64,000 nt of DNA from a virus (taxonomy: Duplodnaviria > Caudoviricetes), in IMG/VR virus record IMGVR_UViG_3300035208_002115, one strand, 5' to 3'. The notes below the pieces were generated by a model. It worked only from the letters and a program-made list of their open reading frames with translations. It searched no databases and was not told the DNA's origin. Numbering within the stretch: position 1 is the stretch's first letter; each line of letters starts with the position of its first letter. A program made the translations under genes and the position numbers. Of the stretch, positions 29,416 to 38,100 are shown piece after piece.

Positions 29416-29691
29416 ATGAGTGAACAAATTCAAGAAATGTTTGAAACATTTAGAACGTATGACGACATATATATACAACTTTTAACAGAAGGTGTTGAAA
29501 CATGTCAATACTTATTAGATTCGGATTGTATCTGGAAGCGGTTAGAACTACAATGGATGTCTGAATACTTTTTACAAAAAGAAGAATATGAAAAATGTGC
29601 AGTATTAAAAGAATATATTAATAACTATTTTATTGCACCAAATGAGAAACAGGTTGAATTTAACAGTAAATTACAATTTATAAAACAATGA
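29416..29691 (+). CDS. hypothetical protein with UVR-like motif
   Basis: EEYEKCAVLKE resembles UvrB/C coiled motif. Confidence 0.6.
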   Translation: MSEQIQEMFETFRTYDDIYIQLLTEGVETCQYLLDSDCIWKRLELQWMSEYFLQKEEYEKCAVLKEYINNYFIAPNEKQVEFNSKLQFIKQ

Positions 29692-30032
29692 ATTTTTACC
29701 GATACGAAACAGTTGAATATGCGTCTATTGGTTGGGACGGTGAATACACCCGTTCGAAATATCCTAACCCTAAATTGGAACTAAGAACCTTTGATTTGAT
29801 TAGTGAAACACTAAAAGGTTATTGGATTGGTTATAGTGGACTTAGGCCACTTAAATTTAAATGGATATCTAAGACATCTAAAAAACGATATGCTTATCCA
29901 ACTAAAGAAGAAGCTTTAAATGGTTACATTTCAAGAACAAAAAGACGATTGGATATATTAAATTATCAACTTTCTTCTTGTAAAATAGGTATAGATTTAG
30001 CCGAAATGGAAAAAAAGAAAGTGTTAACATGA
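29688..30032 (+). CDS. hypothetical phage protein
   Basis: ET.KGYWI...KRYAYPTKEEAL pattern. Confidence 0.7.
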   Translation: MNFYRYETVEYASIGWDGEYTRSKYPNPKLELRTFDLISETLKGYWIGYSGLRPLKFKWISKTSKKRYAYPTKEEALNGYISRTKRRLDILNYQLSSCKIGIDLAEMEKKKVLT

Positions 30033-30232
30033 AAAAAGAATTGGAACTATTAAAAGAAGCCAATGAAATTATAAAGTCTTTTAATAGTGTTATTGAAAGA
30101 AGGGGTGAAGAAACAAACTGGGACGCTCTTGAACAAAGAGTAAAAGAAATTTTAATTAAACAAAAGGTGTTTTTTAAATTAACTAAGTGTCTCCCGTTGG
30201 TAAATATAATTATTATTATATTTGCCTTATAA
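30029..30232 (+). CDS. hypothetical protein
   Basis: ATGA overlap. Confidence 0.5.
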   Translation: MKKELELLKEANEIIKSFNSVIERRGEETNWDALEQRVKEILIKQKVFFKLTKCLPLVNIIIIIFAL

Positions 30233-30241
30233 TTTTAGACT

Positions 30242-30985
30242 ATGCATATTGTTAGTGAAGAATTAAAAAATATCTACGAAGATACGGTCGCTCAATTAGA
30301 TAAAACACCTACAAAAAGCGAAACTAAACTTTATTCTTATAATCATTTACCATTCACAGTAAATATTGGTAATTATGACACCCAAATAGTATCTGTGATA
30401 CCTAAAGACACAATTTCATGTGCATTGGACTTCAGAGGAAACGGTAAAACCGCTATCCTTAATATGGCTTCTAACCGTAGAGCTGGTGGTGGTGTTATAA
30501 ATGGTGCTAAAGCACAGGAAGAATGTTTGTTCCGTTGCACCGACTTATATAAAACTATGACAATGGATTTTTATCCATTAAAACTTGCACATGGTTTATA
30601 TACAACAGATACTTTGATATTTAAAGATGCTCGTTATAATATATTGGAAGAACCAATGTATGTCGATACTATTTCCGTACCAGCGATTAATCTTAATAAA
30701 TTGAGTATGGAAAGAGATGTTTATGAAATAATTACCGAAGATAAAATAAATTTCATCTATAATCTCGCAGCAGCACACCATGTTGATAACCTGATACTGG
30801 GTTCTTGGGGCTGTGGTGTGTATAAAAATGACCCAGACTTCATATCCAAATTGTTTCTTAAAGTGTTACAAGAAAAGGGATACAAATTCAAAAAAGTGGT
30901 ATTTGGTGTCATCAATGACCATAATTCTGTTGGAAATAATTATGAGATATTTAAGAAAAATATTGATGTATCCATACCACAATAA
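30242..30985 (+). CDS. microbial-type PARG macrodomain (TIGR02452/DUF2263 family)
   Basis: LNMAS...GGGVINGAKAQEE and LILGSWGCGVYKN signatures. Confidence 0.85.
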   Translation: MHIVSEELKNIYEDTVAQLDKTPTKSETKLYSYNHLPFTVNIGNYDTQIVSVIPKDTISCALDFRGNGKTAILNMASNRRAGGGVINGAKAQEECLFRCTDLYKTMTMDFYPLKLAHGLYTTDTLIFKDARYNILEEPMYVDTISVPAINLNKLSMERDVYEIITEDKINFIYNLAAAHHVDNLILGSWGCGVYKNDPDFISKLFLKVLQEKGYKFKKVVFGVINDHNSVGNNYEIFKKNIDVSIPQ

Positions 30986-31148
30986 AATAAAACAAAGAAT
31001 TAAATCTGGAGAATTGATAAGATTTGAATACGTAAAAAGATATAAAAATATATCACCTTGTCTATTATTACATTTTGAAACTGAACCTAAAGTCAGGCCA
31101 ATAAGAGAACATCGGTTTAAAGAATATGATGATATACTTATTCGATAA
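30966..31148 (+). CDS. hypothetical protein
   Basis: Start moved to ATG at 30966 (MYPYHNK). Confidence 0.55.
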   Translation: MYPYHNKIKQRIKSGELIRFEYVKRYKNISPCLLLHFETEPKVRPIREHRFKEYDDILIR

Positions 31149-31899
31149 ATTTTTTAATTACTGCTGGTACATCTTTCCCATTCTTCACATGTAATATAAC
31201 AAATTCATCATGATACCCACCAAACACACCCAGATAATCCATTTTTAAATTATTCAATGACCAAAATTCATTCGTGGTATCAGCATCAGGTACACAAGCA
31301 TAAAACAACATCTTATACTTCTCAGGTAAATCCGAGGGGGATTCTATAAACTCTGACAAATCAATATCTTTATATTTCACTTCACCAACTATATCTGGTA
31401 CATCTTTAGCTGTCTTCTCATAAAAAAACTTCTGTATTTCCCTGTACTGTTTTATATCCAATGCCTCTATCCATTCACCCAAATTAAAATCTTCTCCATA
31501 TTTTTCTCCATTAATAACAGGACACCTATCTAACATTTCTTTTAAATTAACAGTTTCTATATCATCAGAAGAATCATTTTTTAAATCAACCCCATATAAA
31601 TATAGTTCTTCCCCACCGTCTTCTGGTAAAGCATGTAAACACATTTTTATAGATGGTGCAATTGATACCCTCGGTGTAAAATCATCTTCTATGATATTCA
31701 TATCATCATCAGTAAATGGTCGATTTGGTATTCTTGTAGTAAAAGTGAACGTTTTGTTATTATCACCTTCTATTAAATAATCCTCAGATATATGAAAATA
31801 TTTATACATATTCTCTAAATCTACCATCGGTATTTTATAAATTGTAGTATTACCAGCCTTTTTGATGCTAAACTTTTCAAAAGTTTTTAAATATCTCAT
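31138..31899 (-). CDS. hypothetical protein, possible ART-like fold; capsid-targeting-like N-terminus
   Basis: Starts MRYLKTFEKF; YFHIS...RVSIAPS...NEFW pattern. Confidence 0.65.
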   Translation of the reverse strand: MRYLKTFEKFSIKKAGNTTIYKIPMVDLENMYKYFHISEDYLIEGDNNKTFTFTTRIPNRPFTDDDMNIIEDDFTPRVSIAPSIKMCLHALPEDGGEELYLYGVDLKNDSSDDIETVNLKEMLDRCPVINGEKYGEDFNLGEWIEALDIKQYREIQKFFYEKTAKDVPDIVGEVKYKDIDLSEFIESPSDLPEKYKMLFYACVPDADTTNEFWSLNNLKMDYLGVFGGYHDEFVILHVKNGKDVPAVIKKFIE

Positions 31900-31912
31900 T
31901 TTAAAAATAATA

Positions 31913-32731
31913 TTATTTCTTATTTAACAGATTTATCATATAATCCTGTTCTTTTCTATATTGAGGATATGGTTTATTATATTTTTTCGCTCTTTTTGCT
32001 AATGTTTCTTCTGAAGGAGTTTGACTACTTTTTATATCTTCCAATTCATCTTGTTTCTTCCAATATTCTATCGTGAATTCATAAAGTTCTTCATCAGTGA
32101 GGTCTTTCTTCTCCCTGTGCTTATCTAACTGATATTGTAATTTATGAACTTCTCTTTCTAATTTTTCAATATCTTTTGTTAATTTCAAAGCATTTGGACT
32201 TTTAATATAATCTATTATTTCAGGTAATTTATCCTGTGGTAATTCCTGTATGTAACAATAAGTAAAATCTGGTATATATGGATTCAATTCTTTTTCTTTA
32301 TTAAGAAGTTTTTCAAATTCATCATCAATAGCGTCAGTCCACTGGTCATTCGGTATGTTTTTAAATTCATCCATCTTCTTTTTTATTTCTAAATATTCTT
32401 CTAATCGGGGATTCTCAACTTCAAATTTTAACCAAAATGCTAATTCTTCACTCGAATTAACATCAACCCTATCCAAATAGACGTTTGAATATTTTAACAC
32501 ATCACCTAAAAATATAGTTGGCCTAACATATACATCATATCCTACACCCAGTCCTTGTGGATAATTAGTTTTTATAAAAGAAACCATTTCTTTATACATA
32601 GGATGTTTTGTCGATTCATCAAACCGCTTCATTGAGTCTTCAAATGACCTTTCTTTTGCCATAGAATGTTTAGCATTAAATTGCTTCCAATTTAACATAC
32701 TTTCTTGATTGTTCTCTTTTATAAATCTCAT
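31913..32731 (-). CDS. hypothetical helical protein
   Basis: Start moved to MRFIKEN at 32731. Confidence 0.7.
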   Translation of the reverse strand: MRFIKENNQESMLNWKQFNAKHSMAKERSFEDSMKRFDESTKHPMYKEMVSFIKTNYPQGLGVGYDVYVRPTIFLGDVLKYSNVYLDRVDVNSSEELAFWLKFEVENPRLEEYLEIKKKMDEFKNIPNDQWTDAIDDEFEKLLNKEKELNPYIPDFTYCYIQELPQDKLPEIIDYIKSPNALKLTKDIEKLEREVHKLQYQLDKHREKKDLTDEELYEFTIEYWKKQDELEDIKSSQTPSEETLAKRAKKYNKPYPQYRKEQDYMINLLNKK

Positions 32732-32748
32732 TATAATATAATAATTTT

Positions 32749-33393
32749 TTATTTTAATAAATGTCTCCAATAAACCAAAGGTGACCCGTGATAAAATATT
32801 GGTTCTTCGTCTTCATCCTCATCATAATCACTACCACCAACAATTTCCTTTATCAACTCACCGTCCTCATATATTTCAACTTTAATAATATCATTAAATT
32901 CAATCGACTTGACCCCTATCTCCGAATAACCCATATCATTTTCCTGTATGTAAGACCAATCATCTGGTGACATCATCGATAAATCATTCTTTTCAAATAG
33001 ATTTAAAACATATTCAATTTGACTAATATCTATGTCATTAACACCAATTCCACAAGCTTCCAATATTTCTCTCACAGAACTACTCACATCATATTCTTTA
33101 TCATTCTTTAAATTAGTAAGTTCTTCAATAACTTCATCCCGATAGCCACTTAACCAAACATCACCACCATAATGAGATGTGTTATCTTTTAAATGAACAT
33201 AAAATAAAACACCATCTTTTATTGGAAATTTATAAGCATGTGCTGACGAGGTTTGGCCATTGGCATATGCTATTGCATATGATTTATCTACACTCAAATA
33301 AACTAAAGGTGTGGATAAACCAGTACTTCTGGATTTATTAGGAAGTACCTGTAATAATGAATTATATTCTTCAAAAAGTTTTAGATGTTTCAT
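32749..33393 (-). CDS. hypothetical protein, possible permuted ART fold; capsid-targeting-like N-terminus
   Basis: Starts MKHLKLFEEY; VYLSVDKSYAIAYA near N-terminus, FYHGS at C-terminus. Confidence 0.6.
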   Translation of the reverse strand: MKHLKLFEEYNSLLQVLPNKSRSTGLSTPLVYLSVDKSYAIAYANGQTSSAHAYKFPIKDGVLFYVHLKDNTSHYGGDVWLSGYRDEVIEELTNLKNDKEYDVSSSVREILEACGIGVNDIDISQIEYVLNLFEKNDLSMMSPDDWSYIQENDMGYSEIGVKSIEFNDIIKVEIYEDGELIKEIVGGSDYDEDEDEEPIFYHGSPLVYWRHLLK

Positions 33394-33968
33394 TTAGTTT
33401 TAATAGAATTTTTATCGAAAATAACATATGAATTTTTATCCCCCAACCCAACATCTTCTAAATCTTCTATCTCAGTAGTCGAATATTTTAATCCAACATA
33501 ACCCATTTTGTTTAAAGCCATGTTGATTACCGAACATACATTTGCATATGAATTAAAATTATTATAAATTAAATCATTCTTTTTAAGAACATCATAAAAT
33601 TCTGACCTTGAATCTAATGCCCAACTAAGACGAATATAATCAATATCAGTGTCCTTTGGTAGCTTTCCATCATTATAATCAATAACCTCTTGTAAATACT
33701 TAGAACATATGTTTGTTTTTAAAATATTATCTATATTAAAAAGAATTTTTCTGAATTCAGATGAGGTAAACGGTTTAGTCGTGTCGTATATTTTCCCTTC
33801 AATAACATATTCTCTTATCGTATCTCCGTAAAATTTAGCCACACCTAAATCATCAGTTAAATATAAACCCTTCCCAAATAAATCAACGTTACCACTATTA
33901 TTTTTACCTTCACCCCTTATAAGAGTTAATGGACTATTATATTCTTCAAAAAGTTTAATATATTTCAT
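33390..33968 (-). CDS. putative ADP-ribosyltransferase-fold protein; capsid-targeting-like N-terminus
   Basis: LIRGE...FGKGLYLTDDLGVAKFYG...GYVGL...YVIFD; starts MKYIKLFEEY. Confidence 0.65.
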   Translation of the reverse strand: MKYIKLFEEYNSPLTLIRGEGKNNSGNVDLFGKGLYLTDDLGVAKFYGDTIREYVIEGKIYDTTKPFTSSEFRKILFNIDNILKTNICSKYLQEVIDYNDGKLPKDTDIDYIRLSWALDSRSEFYDVLKKNDLIYNNFNSYANVCSVINMALNKMGYVGLKYSTTEIEDLEDVGLGDKNSYVIFDKNSIKTK

Positions 33969-34034
33969 ACCTGATATATATTAAAAATATAAAACTTTTT
34001 TAGATTTTAAAAATATATTAATAAAAGTATACCG

Positions 34035-34733
34035 ATGTCGTTTGATATAAAAAAATATATTTATAAAACTAAACCTGTGTTTAATAAACACCTTTTATTT
34101 CATCACACATATAATTACGCCTTACAAAAAATATTAAATACAGATACTTTACTGGTCAAACGTACATGTGATAAAGTCACTTCAATTTCTTTCACGAGAT
34201 GTTCATATTATTCAGATGAAAATGATGAAAGAATTGTATTAGATTATAATTTATTGAAAATAGATGGGTATAATACAACACCATATGATGAAGTCGCCAT
34301 TAATTGCAGACGATTTTTGAATAAAGATTCTTTTGAATCTAAAATGAAAGGATATTCTAAAGCTAACCCAGCAACAATCGGAAGATATATAAATAATAAA
34401 TTAAACACAAAAGTACCTAATAAAATGAAATCTGACCCATTGGAGTGGGAATACGAAGAACGCATTTTTAAAGACATAAAAAACCTTGGCAAATATATAA
34501 TCAGTATCGATATAAATATTAATGATTTAAAAGATTCCTCACATTTTATTAAAGATTACATTGATAAATATCCACACATTGAAATCACTATATTCGATGA
34601 ATCAAAACCTTACGATAGAAGATATAAAGTGGATTTTAATGAAATGTATAGTGATTATATTGAATATAGGAACTATATTAAAAAAATGGTAAGTGAAGAT
34701 TTGTTCATACGGTTAATTGTTGATGGTTCATAA
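34035..34733 (+). CDS. hypothetical protein, possible ART-like fold (related pattern to 7635)
   Basis: LFHHT...ISFTR...RIVLD...EYEERI. Confidence 0.6.
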   Translation: MSFDIKKYIYKTKPVFNKHLLFHHTYNYALQKILNTDTLLVKRTCDKVTSISFTRCSYYSDENDERIVLDYNLLKIDGYNTTPYDEVAINCRRFLNKDSFESKMKGYSKANPATIGRYINNKLNTKVPNKMKSDPLEWEYEERIFKDIKNLGKYIISIDININDLKDSSHFIKDYIDKYPHIEITIFDESKPYDRRYKVDFNEMYSDYIEYRNYIKKMVSEDLFIRLIVDGS

Positions 34734-34758
34734 AAGGGCTATGTTATAGGTAATTGTT

Positions 34759-34793
34759 TGTCCAGTTTTTATTATTAAAAACTGGACATTTTT
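34759..34793 (+). terminator. intrinsic terminator
   Basis: TGTCCAGTTTTT/AAAAACTGGACA stem plus T run. Confidence 0.6.
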
Positions 34794-34852
34794 ATTTTAA
34801 AAATACCAACTTTTCAATCACACCAGAATATATTGAGAAATAGAATTTTCAA

Positions 34853-35281
34853 ATGGCTATACTCAATTACACCACTTCAATAAAATGTGAAAAGACATTA
34901 ATGGAAATACAACAATGTCTGGTTAAACACGGTGCAACTAAAATTGTAACCGATTATAATAATCAAATACCAATAGCTGTCACGTTTTGTCTTACAATAA
35001 ATGATAAACTGATAGCTTATTCACTACCAGCTAATTATAAAGGTGTCCTGAATTCTATGAAAAAAGACCATAAAGTCCCTCGGAAATTAGTAACAGATGA
35101 ACAAGCTCTCCGAGTTAGCTGGAGAATTATAAAGGATTGGGTAGAAGCTCAATGTGCAATAGTAGATGCTCAACTGGCTGACGTGGCCGAAGTATTCCTA
35201 CCATACGCTGTTGCAAAAAGTGGTAAAACTCTTTATAATGAGATTAAAGATGGTGGAATGAAAATGTTGATGGAAGGGTAG
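34853..35281 (+). CDS. conserved hypothetical protein
   Basis: NYTTSI...QALRVSWRIIKDWVEAQ...EVFLPY. Confidence 0.75.
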   Translation: MAILNYTTSIKCEKTLMEIQQCLVKHGATKIVTDYNNQIPIAVTFCLTINDKLIAYSLPANYKGVLNSMKKDHKVPRKLVTDEQALRVSWRIIKDWVEAQCAIVDAQLADVAEVFLPYAVAKSGKTLYNEIKDGGMKMLMEG

Positions 35282-35306
35282 ATTTTTTTATTTAATATTT
35301 TTTATT

Positions 35307-35314
35307 TACTTTCG
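35307..35314 (+). promoter_or_regulatory. possible Bacteroidota -7 element for iscB
   Basis: TACTTTCG 25 nt upstream of ATG; one mismatch to TAnnTTTG. Confidence 0.4.
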
Positions 35315-35339
35315 TATATTATTTTTTATTTAATTTTAT

Positions 35340-36929
35340 ATGAAGAACAACCCAATTTATGTTATAGATTTCAACGGGCAACCATTAATGCCAACATTCA
35401 GATATGGTAAGGTTCGTCATATGCTTAAAAATAACCAAGCAAAAATAATAAAAAGAGACCCATTCTTTACTATTCAATTATTAACAAACACATCGTCATA
35501 TATACAGTATATTATTGGTGGTATAGATATTGGTGAAACCGTTGGAATATCGGTAATAAACCCAAAAAATAATACTGAAATATTGTCTGCCGAATTAAAA
35601 ACACGTAGTAAAGATATTCCAGATAAACTTAAAGAAAAAACTCAATATAGAAGAACCCGAAGAAATCATTTAAGATATAGAACAAAAAGATTTGAGAATA
35701 GGAAATCTTCATTAGGTAAATGTAAAGTGTGTGGTGGTAATACTAAAAGTGGAAAAGAATTTTGCTCAACATGCTTAGATACAGTTAATGGTAATCATAA
35801 TGCTTATAAAGATATTTCTAAAACTACATCACAAAAAAGACTTGCACCAAGCGTAAATCATTTAATTGATGCCAATCATAAAATTATAAATAAAATAAAT
35901 GAAATATTACCTATTAAAGAAGAAAATTGGATATACGAAAAAGTTAAATTCGATATACAGAAAATAGAAAATATTGATATATCAGGTGTTGGATATCAGC
36001 AAGGTGATATGTTTGGTTTTTCAAGTTTGAGAGAATATATATTAGAAAGAGATGAACATACATGTCAAAACCCCAACTGTAAACATAAGAATATTAAAAA
36101 CCTAAAAAAAGGTGAAAATGTTTATTTGAAAAATAATATTACATTAGTAACACATCATATAATATTCAGACATCTTGGTGGCACAGATAAACCAAGTAAT
36201 TATATTACGTTGTGTACTGATTGTCATATACCAACAAATCATCTAAAGGGTTATTTTTTATATGATTGGTGTATAAAAAAGAAAAAAGTTAAAAGTGATT
36301 ATAAAGCTGCTACTAAAATGAATGTGGTCGCTTCTTCTTTTGATGAAAAAAAGAATTTTATACCCACGTTTGGTTCTGAAACAAAAAGAAAAAGACAATT
36401 GATTGGTTTAGATAAAACCCATTCGAATGATGCCCTTTCTATTTGTATAGATAAAAATAATTTTGATTTGATTGATGATTCTGGAAAAAAGAAAGTTGTT
36501 TTAAAACGAGATTTCAATTTAAAAAAAATAGAACATCCTGATTATCTTATTCAAACAAATGGTCGTTCTAATGGTAGACGAGCATTAAGTACATTTCAGG
36601 ATTCTAAATATATTGATATCAGAGATGGAAAAGAAAAATCAGGAAAAGAGTTATCAAAAGAAATGGATAAACGAACACTTATAAATAATAATAGAATTTA
36701 TAGGGGAAAGAAAACAAGTAAAGGTTCTTTTGTTAAAAGAACTGGTATAAGTGAATTTCCAAATAATTCAATTATCGAATTTACATATAATGGTAAACAT
36801 TTTATTAAAGTGTGTGGTGGTGTAACTGGATATAATGTATATGTTAAAGATTTCGAGAAAAAAACAGTTGCAATAAAAAAATGTAATGTAAAAATAATCT
36901 GTAAAAGAAAAGGTGTTATTAAAAAATAA
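35340..36929 (+). CDS. iscB: IscB RNA-guided endonuclease (CRISPR-associated), 529 aa
   Basis: PLMP (15-18), RuvC-I GID63, bridge helix RRTRR..RYR..RF, RuvC-II E200, HNH HH272-273/N287/H296, RuvC-III H361/D364. Confidence 0.92.
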   Translation: MKNNPIYVIDFNGQPLMPTFRYGKVRHMLKNNQAKIIKRDPFFTIQLLTNTSSYIQYIIGGIDIGETVGISVINPKNNTEILSAELKTRSKDIPDKLKEKTQYRRTRRNHLRYRTKRFENRKSSLGKCKVCGGNTKSGKEFCSTCLDTVNGNHNAYKDISKTTSQKRLAPSVNHLIDANHKIINKINEILPIKEENWIYEKVKFDIQKIENIDISGVGYQQGDMFGFSSLREYILERDEHTCQNPNCKHKNIKNLKKGENVYLKNNITLVTHHIIFRHLGGTDKPSNYITLCTDCHIPTNHLKGYFLYDWCIKKKKVKSDYKAATKMNVVASSFDEKKNFIPTFGSETKRKRQLIGLDKTHSNDALSICIDKNNFDLIDDSGKKKVVLKRDFNLKKIEHPDYLIQTNGRSNGRRALSTFQDSKYIDIRDGKEKSGKELSKEMDKRTLINNNRIYRGKKTSKGSFVKRTGISEFPNNSIIEFTYNGKHFIKVCGGVTGYNVYVKDFEKKTVAIKKCNVKIICKRKGVIKK

Positions 36930-36967
36930 TTTTTTTATATCATTATTTTTTTTATTTTTACATTTAA

Positions 36968-36976
36968 GTTCTTTGA
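36968..36976 (+). promoter_or_regulatory. boxA-like antitermination site upstream of array
   Basis: GTTCTTTGA, also at 38232 and 38585 in the tRNA cluster. Confidence 0.45.
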
Positions 36977-37032
36977 AATTTTGTTAAATATCGATTAAGC
37001 AGTCACACCTTAAAAATGCGACTTTGTAACTT

Positions 37033-37504
37033 GTTGTGTATTGCTTTCAATTAATTAAGTAATTCAGTTATATAGTTGTGTATTGCTTTCAATTGATTGG
37101 GTAACTCAGTGGAGCAATATTTATATTAAATCAAAGCAGGGTTGTGTATTGCTTTCAATTGATTGGGTAACTCAGTATAAAATAATAGAATTAGAAAAGC
37201 GGTTAAGTTGTGTATTGCTTTCAATTGATTGGGTAACTCAGTGGTTGCTATTGATGGCATCGTGTTAGCTTTGTTGTGTATTGCTTTCAATTGATTGGGT
37301 AACTCAGTTTCTTCTTAGCAAGTTTAGTCGCATTCAGTGTTGTGTATTGCTTTCAATTGATTGGGTAACTCAGTTTATATCAGGTTTTACAAATGTGGCA
37401 ACGTTGTGTATTGCTTTCAATTGATTGGGTAACTCAGTAAGATATCTATGGTGATGAACCTTGGGATAGTTGTGTATTGCTTTCAATTGATTGGGTAACT
37501 CAGT
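37033..37504 (+). CRISPR. CRISPR array: 7 identical + 1 degenerate 36-bp repeats, 6 spacers of 28-30 bp
   Basis: GTTGTGTATTGCTTTCAATTGATTGGGTAACTCAGT at 37075, 37141, 37207, 37273, 37339, 37403, 37469; 4-mismatch copy at 37033. Confidence 0.97.
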
Positions 37505-37790
37505 ATAGCAATAAACAAATCGTTGTTAATCAATCATTTGAAACTAAAATCCGATGTAAAAAATCGAATTTTTTGAACACATTTAGACTAAGAGAAAGGA
37601 TTTTTCCAATCCTAATATCTACGTTATGTTAGAATGTGGATTAAACCACAAATAGGTACGTTAGTGTGATTCCCAAGCACTATCTTCTACGGTTGTTTTT
37701 TAAACATCTCTGTGCAATAGGAGAAGTGAAAACAACAATAAACCTAACAATAACTTTGTCAAAGGGAACTAACAGGATTTATTCCTGATT
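37505..37790 (+). ncRNA. omegaRNA/HEARO-like scaffold with anti-repeat (tracr-like)
   Basis: Anti-repeat segments 37507-37518 and 37525-37543; HEARO-like blocks TAGACTAAG, CTACGTTAT, ATAGGTAC, CTACGG, TTAAACA, AAACC, ATAAC; pseudoknot TTCCC/GGGAA. Confidence 0.8.
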
Positions 37791-37818
37791 TATTGATATT
37801 TAACAATTTCAAAGAAAT

Positions 37819-37857
37819 AATAAAAGCAGATGATTTATTTATCTGCTTTTATTTTTT
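37819..37857 (+). terminator. intrinsic terminator ending the CRISPR/omegaRNA unit
   Basis: AATAAAAGCAGAT/ATCTGCTTTTATT stem plus T run. Confidence 0.7.
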
Positions 37858-37877
37858 AAAAATAATTGCAACAAAAA

Positions 37878-37908
37878 TTTGTTTATATCGTAATAAGTAT
37901 TACATTTG
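37878..37908 (+). promoter_or_regulatory. Bacteroidota-type sigmaA promoter for tRNA cluster
   Basis: TTTG - 19 nt - TACATTTG; second motif TAATATATA at 37944-37952. Confidence 0.7.
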
Positions 37909-37984
37909 CAAAGTCAAAATGGAAAAAAGTGACCTTTTTGACTTAATATATAAGAAAACAAAAACAAATTTAAAATAACGCAAA

Positions 37985-38071
37985 ATGCTACTTTGTAATT
38001 TATATAATATGTATCTTAATAACTTAGAGAATGATAAAACTCTGGGCAGGGATATACTATGTATAAGTTAA
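37985..38071 (+). CDS. putative attenuator leader peptide (28 aa)
   Basis: MLLCNLYNMYLNNLENDKTLGRDILCIS; overlaps antiterminator strand 38041-38051. Confidence 0.6.
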   Translation: MLLCNLYNMYLNNLENDKTLGRDILCIS

Positions 38072-38100
38072 AAGCGGTAAAGCATTAAAATATACAACGG

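Noticed and set aside
35340-36929. Calling the nuclease Cas9 or an active IS200/IS605 element
   Set aside because: PLMP domain, 529-aa size and lack of a full REC lobe indicate IscB; no tnpA or upstream omegaRNA/transposon end is visible.
36968-37003. Possible ninth, highly degenerate repeat (GTT...CAGT, 29 nt before first repeat)
   Set aside because: Interior shares little with the consensus; better explained as leader with a boxA-like site.
37083-37268. 61-aa ORF with repeated CVLLSIDWVTQ
   Set aside because: Translation of CRISPR repeats (66-bp period), not a gene.
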